Source: an uncultured virus (IMG/VR IMGVR_UViG_3300031884_000009)
Lineage: Duplodnaviria; Heunggongvirae; Uroviricota; Caudoviricetes
Reading direction: 5' to 3' (one strand)
DNA length: 64,000 bases
Virus record (IMG/VR): IMGVR_UViG_3300031884_000009
Shown: positions 26,731-33,923 of the stretch, piece after piece
How the letters are laid out: every line of letters starts with the position of its first letter
Numbering within the stretch: position 1 is the stretch's first letter
Notes under the pieces: model-generated
Databases searched by the model: none
What the model saw: only the letters and a program-made list of their open reading frames with translations
What the model was told of the DNA's origin: nothing
Position numbers and translations under genes: made by a program

Positions 26731-28301
26731 AGTACATCCTCCATTTCGAGCATCCGTCCAGAGTCTTTATTGTATAACAATGAAGCACAGTGTGGTGAAG
26801 TTAATCCGCTAAAGCGATTCTTTAAGATAGAAACTCTAGTGGTATTGCGTTCAATAGGGTCTTCAGCTTGAGCATTACGAACCAAACCAATCACAATGTC
26901 ACTAAGCTGAGCAATAGAGCCTGAGCCACGAAGCTGAGATAAAGATGTTGCAGCTCCTTCCTCGTGTCCTTTATTCTCTGGCCTCTTAAGATGTGATACA
27001 GCAATTAAACTAATGCCTGTCTCTTGTACCAGCATCCGAAGCTTAGTCATCAACTCATCTATTGACTTTCTTTCATCACCGTTACCTTGAGCACTAACCA
27101 CCATAGAAATGTGGTCAAGAAAAACATACTTACAATCGGTGGCTTTTGCAAAGTATCTAATACGGTTAATAACATTATCAATGTCAGTAGAACCAAAGTT
27201 ATCCCAAAAGAATAACCTATCCGTACCCATAGTGACGTCAAACGCATTCTTTAGTTCTCCTTCTGATACCTGTGCATCAGGTAAGTGTAGTGGCTTGTTT
27301 AAATGGAGGGACATAATCCCTAGTGCAGTCTTCCGTACAGATTCTTCCATGAACATCAGTCCAATATTGTGGTCTGTTGTTTTAATCAAGTGCCAGAGAA
27401 TCTCACGCAAGAACTGTGACTTTCCTAGTCCTGAGCCTGCCGTAACGGTAATAAGTTCTGCTGGGCGGATACCGTAGGTAAGCTCGTTGACTCCTGCCCA
27501 AGGATAGAGGGCTGACGATTTCTCCACAGGGCGATTAACCTCATCCCATAGCGTAACCCCTGCGATGATTCCATCTGGAGTCCATTGCTCTGCTGCCCAC
27601 CATCTCTTAACGTATTCGGCAGTATTGCCTCCTTTAAGGTAGTCACACGCATCTTTAAAACTCCCTAAATGTTTAACAATCTTGCACTTGTTGCCTAATA
27701 TTTCAGCAACTTCATTCGCTGCTTTCTGGCCTGGCTCATCAGCATCAAAACAGATATAGATTTCTTCGAAGGAGGATAACCATTCATAAGCCTGTTTAAC
27801 GTCTTTTAAAGCAGCTTGAGCACCGTTACGGATAGAGACGTTAGGGTACTTACTACCTGACATCTGAAAGCCTGCTAGAGCGTCTAATTCACCTTCGTGT
27901 AGAGTTACAGTCTTACCACCTTTAGGGAATACATTTTGACCAAACAAGGTAGCACCTTTCCAGTCACCAGCAATAGCAAAGGTTTTGTTTTCAACTGTGC
28001 GAGTTTTTAAGGCGATGATAGCCCCTTCTTCATTCGCATAGGGATAGTGCTGACACGTACCATCTTGGGTGACACCGTAGGTCTGACAAGTAGCCGTAGT
28101 GATTCCCCTGTCAGAGATAGACTTAACTTCACCTTTAACTTCAATCATCGATTTCTTCCTCGCTGGTGTTGCTGTGAACTCTGAATCTGCGTGGACGTGG
28201 TGACCACAAGCAAAGCAGTGTTGGTGTCCATCGTCAAAGAGTGAATTAGCATCTGAGCTACCACACTTCTCACAAGGAATATGTTTTAAAAATACTGACA
28301 T
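26727..28301 (-). CDS. DNA primase-helicase (T7 gp4-like)
   Basis: CEKC...CFAC Zn finger; EGELD and FDAD TOPRIM motifs; GSGLGKS Walker A; LRGSG and LKNR SF4 motifs. Confidence 0.97.
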   Translation of the reverse strand: MSVFLKHIPCEKCGSSDANSLFDDGHQHCFACGHHVHADSEFTATPARKKSMIEVKGEVKSISDRGITTATCQTYGVTQDGTCQHYPYANEEGAIIALKTRTVENKTFAIAGDWKGATLFGQNVFPKGGKTVTLHEGELDALAGFQMSGSKYPNVSIRNGAQAALKDVKQAYEWLSSFEEIYICFDADEPGQKAANEVAEILGNKCKIVKHLGSFKDACDYLKGGNTAEYVKRWWAAEQWTPDGIIAGVTLWDEVNRPVEKSSALYPWAGVNELTYGIRPAELITVTAGSGLGKSQFLREILWHLIKTTDHNIGLMFMEESVRKTALGIMSLHLNKPLHLPDAQVSEGELKNAFDVTMGTDRLFFWDNFGSTDIDNVINRIRYFAKATDCKYVFLDHISMVVSAQGNGDERKSIDELMTKLRMLVQETGISLIAVSHLKRPENKGHEEGAATSLSQLRGSGSIAQLSDIVIGLVRNAQAEDPIERNTTRVSILKNRFSGLTSPHCASLLYNKDSGRMLEMEDVL

Positions 28302-28439
28302 AAAGAACTTTCTCGGTGTATAATTTTCTAAAGAGCCTTATAAGTCTTACAAGCTATGAACTCTCAAAGTTTAAAAGACTTACAAGATTCTTTAAGACTT
28401 ATTACAAATATAACTATTACTATTAAGAGTATTATCATC

Positions 28440-28649
28440 TTAGTACTCATCATCTGAGTAGTCATCTAGATAGATATCTAAGTCATCAACATCTTCACTG
28501 CTTAGTAAATCTACTCTGTCTTTGTACATAATATCATCTTTTACTGACTTCAAACATCTCAAACAAATATCTAAGTAATCGTTAGTGTTCACTGACTTAA
28601 GGGTACTTTCATAGTCAGTCAGTAATGTGTCACAGCAATAGCATCTCAT
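28440..28649 (-). CDS. Small Zn-finger protein with acidic tail
   Basis: MRCYCC...LDICLRC; GGAG RBS. Confidence 0.7.
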   Translation of the reverse strand: MRCYCCDTLLTDYESTLKSVNTNDYLDICLRCLKSVKDDIMYKDRVDLLSSEDVDDLDIYLDDYSDDEY

Positions 28650-28836
28650 GCTAACTCCCAATAGGGTTTAAATCGATTTAAAGGGGCTTTAGAGCCTTGT
28701 TCTACTACTGGGTGATACCTATGCCTCATCTTCATCTTTAAAGCCTCCTAGAGCTTCTCCTGAAACATTGTCACAATCCCAAACTACATACTCACAATCC
28801 ATTTCTTCAGGGGCGTAAGTGCTTGCTCTGTCAGAT

Positions 28837-29025
28837 TCAGGCATCGTCATCAAGGAAAGAGTCTCTTGAATCAGATTGTGTTGTATAATATACTTCATAG
28901 TAATCTCTAAATGCCTTTGCTAGTTTACGCCATGTGGGAAGGTTAGTTTCTCCTACTTCACCCTCGTATAATGCTGGAGCAATCTCTCCCTTGTTTAATA
29001 TTGCAATCAATTCTGCATCAGTCAT
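28837..29025 (-). CDS. Hypothetical early protein
   Basis: ORF with GGAG RBS and ATGA overlap. Confidence 0.55.
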   Translation of the reverse strand: MTDAELIAILNKGEIAPALYEGEVGETNLPTWRKLAKAFRDYYEVYYTTQSDSRDSFLDDDA

Positions 29026-29333
29026 AATAATTCTCCGTTATCTAAAAATTCATCCAGTTTAGTATGTAGCCATTCTCTATTCATCTCTCCAGTAGTTTTA
29101 CCATTAACTGTTTTAAGTTGTCCGTTAAGCCAATCATTAAATACTTCTTTTTTCTTTATAAATAAACAATCAGCTTCTTTAGGAGCAGAAACAGTTATAC
29201 CTACTTCTCCTTTATACATACCTGCGATAGAGTCTTTAGTAATACTTTTATCATAATAAGCAACTCCAGCATTGAACCCTTCAGAATACTCTTTAGTTTT
29301 CCATCCTAGTCCATCTTCTCTGGTATCAGTCAT
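29022..29333 (-). CDS. Hypothetical early protein flanked by a 15-bp direct repeat
   Basis: ATCAGTCATAATAAT at 29017-29031 and 29325-29339. Confidence 0.6.
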   Translation of the reverse strand: MTDTREDGLGWKTKEYSEGFNAGVAYYDKSITKDSIAGMYKGEVGITVSAPKEADCLFIKKKEVFNDWLNGQLKTVNGKTTGEMNREWLHTKLDEFLDNGELL

Positions 29334-29472
29334 AATAATGTTCTCTTAATATACCTCTGTTAATAAAAATCTTTCTTAACTTCATTAAAGCTCTTTTCTC
29401 AATTTCCCATACCGCCTGAAATGAAATACCCATCTCATCTGCTATTTCTTGGTAAGTATAAATCTCAGTCAT
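29326..29472 (-). CDS. Stand-alone sigma70 region 4-like HTH mini-protein (48 aa, not in track)
   Basis: YTYQEIADEMGISFQAVWEIEKRALMKLRK matches the region 4.2 pattern T..EI...LG.S...V.QIE..AL.KLR. Confidence 0.75.
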   Translation of the reverse strand: MTEIYTYQEIADEMGISFQAVWEIEKRALMKLRKIFINRGILREHYYD

Positions 29473-29473
29473 C

Positions 29474-29602
29474 TTAAATACAATCCACGTCAAAGCCTAA
29501 AGCTAGTAATCTTTTACGCATCTTCATCAAGGCTTGCTTTTCAATAAACATGACCCCTGCGTGCGTAATGCCTAGTTCTTTTGCTATCTCTTGGTATGTC
29601 AT
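29474..29602 (-). CDS. Stand-alone sigma70 region 4-like HTH mini-protein (42 aa, not in track)
   Basis: MTYQEIAKELGITHAGVMFIEKQALMKMRK; GGGAG RBS. Confidence 0.75.
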   Translation of the reverse strand: MTYQEIAKELGITHAGVMFIEKQALMKMRKRLLALGFDVDCI

Positions 29603-29706
29603 CTTATTCTCCCATCCCTTTACAGTAACGAAGTAAACTAATTACGGTATCAATGCACGAAGTCACCGCAAAGATAATTAAAAGCATTTCTTCCTTGTCC
29701 ATTGTA

Positions 29707-30048
29707 TCACGCACCGCAGTAGTAGTCTTTTTTCATGTCTTCCTCAATGGCTTTATCTAGCATATCACCATCAAGCCATTCAAAGCTAGACATATTACCA
29801 TTACATAGCACAACTGCGGGAGCCATAGCGTCATGTGGTGCGTGACAGGCACTATTGCGTAGATGACGATACATTTCAGCATGCTTAAAGTTTTCCTTGT
29901 TATCCATCATATAAGACAACAACGAAGCTCTATTATCTTCTTGGACTTCTAAGGCATCGCATAGCTGATTGATGAGGTTAGCTGTTACAACATAGTCATC
30001 ATTCAATGCGTAAGCCCTAGCCTTGCGTATGAGGTTCTCAGTCATCAT
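29707..30048 (-). CDS. Hypothetical early protein
   Basis: ORF track; GGAGG RBS. Confidence 0.65.
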   Translation of the reverse strand: MMTENLIRKARAYALNDDYVVTANLINQLCDALEVQEDNRASLLSYMMDNKENFKHAEMYRHLRNSACHAPHDAMAPAVVLCNGNMSSFEWLDGDMLDKAIEEDMKKDYYCGA

Positions 30049-30322
30049 TTATATCTGCCTCCATTGTTGTTGCTAAATGTTCTGCAATATCTTGTAAGCC
30101 TAATTGAGCACCATAATAATAATTAAACACTGAAAATTCACTAGCATTAGCAGAAGGGCAAATGGTAAGCAAGTAATCATAAATTTCTTTTTTTAGCAAC
30201 GCCTGAGTCTGTTCTTTATGATATTGCTCATAAGATTTAATTTTAGATTCATCAATTTTAATCTCACCTTCGAGTACTATTTCAAATCCAAAACCTTTAC
30301 GCTTAATCTTTATTTTCTTCAT
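30038..30322 (-). CDS. Hypothetical early protein
   Basis: ORF track; coupled to the upstream small gene. Confidence 0.55.
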   Translation of the reverse strand: MKKIKIKRKGFGFEIVLEGEIKIDESKIKSYEQYHKEQTQALLKKEIYDYLLTICPSANASEFSVFNYYYGAQLGLQDIAEHLATTMEADINDD

Positions 30323-30486
30323 TTTACTTTCTCCGATTGCTTAAACATATTTAATACATCAAGGATAACTACACCCTCGCCCCTGACCTTCATTTGCTTG
30401 ACAATATCTACCAAGTCAAAGTGATACTCTGCTTCCTCCCATGCGTAACGGGCTTCCTCGCTGGTCATCTCTTGTAAGTTATTCAT
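30319..30486 (-). CDS. Hypothetical early protein (55 aa, not in track)
   Basis: MNNLQEMTSEEARYAW...; ATGA overlaps at both ends. Confidence 0.6.
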   Translation of the reverse strand: MNNLQEMTSEEARYAWEEAEYHFDLVDIVKQMKVRGEGVVILDVLNMFKQSEKVK

Positions 30487-30761
30487 AATGGATTATCCTC
30501 ATAGTATTTTCTAGCAATGAACAAAGCTGTATTGTACCAGTAAGCATTAACACGGTGAACAATGTCTAAAGGTGCATGGCTTGGTGTTGGGTAATCCATT
30601 TCATCGTAACCGCATTCGCTTAAGCCTTCGCCCCAATGCGTAGCAGGATTACAACTAGCTTGCAATAATTCTTGTGCATAGCTCTCTATCGCTTCTTCTT
30701 CAATCTCAGCGTCAGCGTAAGTGTCATCTGGTTCGTAGTATCTATTACCGTATAAACTCAT
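30483..30761 (-). CDS. Acidic hypothetical early protein
   Basis: RYYEP.D N-terminal motif; GAGG RBS. Confidence 0.65.
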   Translation of the reverse strand: MSLYGNRYYEPDDTYADAEIEEEAIESYAQELLQASCNPATHWGEGLSECGYDEMDYPTPSHAPLDIVHRVNAYWYNTALFIARKYYEDNPL

Positions 30762-30762
30762 T

Positions 30763-30945
30763 TTAAGCCTCGTCTATGTTATCTAAATCAATTATAAGGT
30801 GTAAGCCATTTACTTCGATTGTACAACCACTTGCTGAGTATTTAGCACCATTAGAAAAGATGTGGGTAAGTGTAGTCTCTGGAAAATTCTCATCAAGCCA
30901 TTCTATGAGTAAGTCCTTAGTGTTAAAAAATATATCGTGTTTCAT
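30763..30945 (-). CDS. Hypothetical early protein
   Basis: ORF track; coupled to its neighbour. Confidence 0.55.
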   Translation of the reverse strand: MKHDIFFNTKDLLIEWLDENFPETTLTHIFSNGAKYSASGCTIEVNGLHLIIDLDNIDEA

Positions 30946-31151
30946 TGTTTAGCCTCTTGTTGTTTATTTGAAAAGTAGCACACTATTGCAATTATAACTA
31001 AGAACAACGCCCATAAAGGATACTCACCAGCCAACCAAATAGCACCAACGAACAACGCTAAGATAAATAGAAAAGCTCCTACTTGAATAATAAATGGTAA
31101 ACATACCAAGAACAACAGAGCCAATAAGATACCGCCTGCAATCTCAATCAT
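30942..31151 (-). CDS. Small integral membrane protein
   Basis: Almost entirely hydrophobic, 2-3 TM segments; GGAGG RBS. Confidence 0.65.
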   Translation of the reverse strand: MIEIAGGILLALLFLVCLPFIIQVGAFLFILALFVGAIWLAGEYPLWALFLVIIAIVCYFSNKQQEAKQ

Positions 31152-31291
31152 GGTAAAACCTCCAATAGTTCGTAAGCTAAAAGACTCTCGCCAGTTTCTA
31201 AGGCTTGTTCGATAATTTCATAGATGAAATCACTATGCTTAATGGAATCATCTTTCAATTCTATGTCTAGGATTATTTTGAATGTTTTCAT
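31148..31291 (-). CDS. Hypothetical early protein (47 aa, not in track)
   Basis: MKTFKIILDIEL...; tiles the gap. Confidence 0.55.
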   Translation of the reverse strand: MKTFKIILDIELKDDSIKHSDFIYEIIEQALETGESLLAYELLEVLP

Positions 31292-31293
31292 AA

Positions 31294-31446
31294 TTAAATT
31301 CCCTCGATAAGTTGTAATCTTCTGCCTTTATGAGATGTAAACCTTTTAAGCATCTCACAAGCCTTATCATGTGCCATTGCATACTTAGTCATAAATACGC
31401 TATTGCCTGTTTTTTCGTTAATTGCTACAATGTGGTAAGTTTTCAT
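31294..31446 (-). CDS. Hypothetical early protein
   Basis: Start placed at MKTYHIV after a GAGG RBS. Confidence 0.55.
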   Translation of the reverse strand: MKTYHIVAINEKTGNSVFMTKYAMAHDKACEMLKRFTSHKGRRLQLIEGI

Positions 31447-31447
31447 G

Positions 31448-31762
31448 TTAAGCCTCTTCACTTTCTCTTTGCATTGCTTCATTTTCAATATAGTGTTTAG
31501 CAATCTCAGTCCAATTAACTTCACGCATAGAAGCGTTCAATACATCAGAATAGAAACTTGCTGGTAATTCTGGCTGATTCTCTTCAAAAATGTCACGAAT
31601 ACGCTCACCAAGGATATAAGCCATTTTGTCGTGGTCTTCATAACTGCTGAATAAATCACAAGCAATCATTGCACATTGCTCAGATAACTGCCATTCGTTA
31701 TCAATCCACAGATTAGCGTTCCAAGTTTCGTAGTTAGACCAGCCGTTATATGTATTATTCAT
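31448..31762 (-). CDS. Conserved phage early protein (YNGWSNYETW motif)
   Basis: YNGW.NYETW...LW.DN and VNW.EIA motifs. Confidence 0.7.
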   Translation of the reverse strand: MNNTYNGWSNYETWNANLWIDNEWQLSEQCAMIACDLFSSYEDHDKMAYILGERIRDIFEENQPELPASFYSDVLNASMREVNWTEIAKHYIENEAMQRESEEA

Positions 31763-31798
31763 TTTGTTTAATCTTTTAATTTAGTTTATGTTTAATTC

Positions 31799-31888
31799 TT
31801 AAAGAATGTGTAAGTTAGTTAACTGCCATACTGCCAAGCATACTGCAAATACTGCAACGGTAATGATAAGGGCTTTTAAGTTAGTCAT
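31799..31888 (-). CDS. Single-TM peptide (29 aa, not in track)
   Basis: MTNLKALIITVAVFAVCLAVWQLTNLHIL; GAGG RBS. Confidence 0.5.
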   Translation of the reverse strand: MTNLKALIITVAVFAVCLAVWQLTNLHIL

Positions 31889-31890
31889 GC

Positions 31891-32103
31891 TTATTTACCC
31901 TCATTTGCTTTATTGGATAATTCTCTTAATTGGGATAATGCTGTATTTCTGTAAACTGTTAAGCATACACGCCTAGCCATTACTAAATCATTAGTAGTAT
32001 ATAAACCTGAAGAGTTACTTCCTAAGTATTTACTGTAATCCACAATATTAGGCAAGCCCTCAGACGCTTTTGCTACCAAGTCAGAATGGGTGATTATAGT
32101 CAT
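31891..32103 (-). CDS. Hypothetical early protein
   Basis: AAGGA RBS; lies directly behind a repeated promoter. Confidence 0.6.
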   Translation of the reverse strand: MTIITHSDLVAKASEGLPNIVDYSKYLGSNSSGLYTTNDLVMARRVCLTVYRNTALSQLRELSNKANEGK

Positions 32104-32136
32104 GATGTTTTATTCCTTGTTTGTTTGTATAACTCT

Positions 32137-32179
32137 AATTTATTAGGATTGTAAGGGCTTGTCTATTAGGACAAACCCT
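32137..32179 (-). promoter_or_regulatory. Early promoter copy 1 with upstream 17-bp motif
   Basis: AGGGTTTGTCCTAATAG overlapping TAGACA(-35), 17 nt, then TAAATT(-10). Confidence 0.6.
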
Positions 32180-32190
32180 AGGTTTTACAA

Positions 32191-32277
32191 TTAAAACCAT
32201 TGTTTTTTGTTTAAAATGTAACCTACTAAGAAAGAAGCTACCAAGGCTACTACATAAGAAAGTGTAAGTGTTAACAT
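32191..32277 (-). CDS. Single-TM peptide (28 aa, not in track)
   Basis: MLTLTLSYVVALVASFLVGYILNKKQWF; AAGGA RBS. Confidence 0.5.
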   Translation of the reverse strand: MLTLTLSYVVALVASFLVGYILNKKQWF

Positions 32278-32319
32278 TTTATTTCCTTTTGGTTTGTTGT
32301 TGTTTGCTGCTATAACTAC

Positions 32320-32362
32320 AATTTAGTCCTTATTTCAAGTAAAAACTATTAGGACAAACCCT
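32320..32362 (-). promoter_or_regulatory. Early promoter copy 2 with the same 17-bp motif
   Basis: Identical AGGGTTTGTCCTAATAG at identical spacing from TAAATT. Confidence 0.6.
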
Positions 32363-32986
32363 TAGTTGCAAACAAACAACAGAAGGGAATTAACGGAGAT
32401 AACTGGGCAGATAACGGGGGAGGAATACAGATGGATAACTATATAACTAATAGTCATACTGAATAGGTAAAACCTTATCAATAGTGATATAGGTATGAAT
32501 GGGGTCAGGAGCTTGTAAGTCTTTGATTAGTAATGCTAGGTTATAACTCATCAATAAAACAGATAGATTTCTCCTTAGTTATCAACTATTTAGATAAGCC
32601 TTAGCAGGTGAGCAGACATAGCCCTAGGGAGTGGCTGGGGAGATTCCCTTGGGAGTTCTAGGGCGTGGGAGGGTCAAAAAGAATTACTCTAAAGTTTTTA
32701 TTACGCTATTTGTGACGCTGCTATAGTTTTTAAAACAGGGGGTAGTCTCTCAGGAGAACCCTGAAAGTAAAGCTAAGAAGATGTGCTCGTAGCCCGATGC
32801 AGAGCTATGAAGTGCCCTCTTAGCCCTTCATAGATAAAACTTCATGTAGTACTATATATCTTTAAAGATGCTTTTACAGCAAAGCTCTTCTTAGTAATAA
32901 CAACATTTATAGTTATCCTTGTAGCAAAGACACTTGTAAGCCCTTACTTGAAAGATGTATAAGGCTCCTTAACCCCTATGTAGTCT

Positions 32987-33015
32987 ATTATACCAATAGT
33001 TTTCTCTTTTGTCAA
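32987..33015 (-). promoter_or_regulatory. Consensus sigma70 promoter, leftward
   Basis: TTGACA-17 nt-TATAAT with extended -10 TG on the - strand. Confidence 0.8.
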
Positions 33016-33102
33016 TACTTTAACAATATTTATTTTTATGTCATCTTTAAAGTGAGCCGTATTAATGTCTTTTACGGCTCATAGCTATTTATAAAATAAA
33101 GC

Positions 33103-33131
33103 TTGACAAATAAAATATCTTATGTTATAAT
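33103..33131 (+). promoter_or_regulatory. Consensus sigma70 promoter, rightward (packaging/head operon)
   Basis: TTGACA-17 nt-TATAAT with extended -10 TG. Confidence 0.85.
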
Positions 33132-33160
33132 GGCCCCATTAAGTAAAGGATTGTCTTAAA

Positions 33161-33688
33161 ATGACACGTAGAAAGAAAAGAGATTTAAAAGCTGAAGGTA
33201 AATGGTGGTCTGAAAGTCAAAAGCTCGAAGCTGCAACTACGTTCTTAGCTTTAGGGAATGGTGCTCAGACGGCTGCTGTCTTAGACATACCATTAGCTAC
33301 CTTTAACCGTTGGCGTTACGCTGACTGGTTTAAGAAAATGGTTGAAGACCTTAAAGCTGAAGATAACCTGAAGTTAAATGCTCGTCTTAGTAAGCTTGTC
33401 AGCAAGGCTTTGGATGTCACTGAAGATAGGTTGACTAATGGTAATTACCAATATGACCCTAAGACATCTGAACTTATCCGTGTCCCTGTCAGCATCAAAG
33501 ATGCTTCTAAGGTTGCTAACGACATGATGGCTCGCAAGGACATCATTGAAGACAAGCCAATGCAGGAACAGATTGAACGTACCGTCGACGATAGACTCGC
33601 TAAGCTTGCAGAGCAATTTAGAACCTTTGCTAAGCCAAAGGAAAAAGACATCACTCCTCAACCTTTGGTAATTGATAATGCCTCGTAA
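33161..33688 (+). CDS. terS: Probable terminase small subunit
   Basis: N-terminal HTH-like segment; first gene before the large terminase; KDITP C-terminal motif. Confidence 0.65.
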   Translation: MTRRKKRDLKAEGKWWSESQKLEAATTFLALGNGAQTAAVLDIPLATFNRWRYADWFKKMVEDLKAEDNLKLNARLSKLVSKALDVTEDRLTNGNYQYDPKTSELIRVPVSIKDASKVANDMMARKDIIEDKPMQEQIERTVDDRLAKLAEQFRTFAKPKEKDITPQPLVIDNAS

Positions 33689-33920
33689 AGTTCGTGACTA
33701 CAAAAAAGAATATGCTGACTACCACGGTACAGCAGAACAAAAGAAAAACAGAGCTGCTCGCAATACCGCAAGAGCTACAATGGCTTCAGCAGGTAAAGTC
33801 TCTAAAGGTGACGGTAAAGAAGTAGACCATAAGAAACCTTTAAGCAAAGGCGGTAGCACAGCAAAGAGTAACCTACGTGTAGTGAGTAAAGCCACTAACC
33901 GTAAAAAGGGTAACAAGTAA
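33678..33920 (+). CDS. Small HNH endonuclease
   Basis: RDYKKEY...VDHKKPLSKGGS...NLRVVS...NR.KG. Confidence 0.85.
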   Translation: MPRKVRDYKKEYADYHGTAEQKKNRAARNTARATMASAGKVSKGDGKEVDHKKPLSKGGSTAKSNLRVVSKATNRKKGNK

Positions 33921-33923
33921 TCA

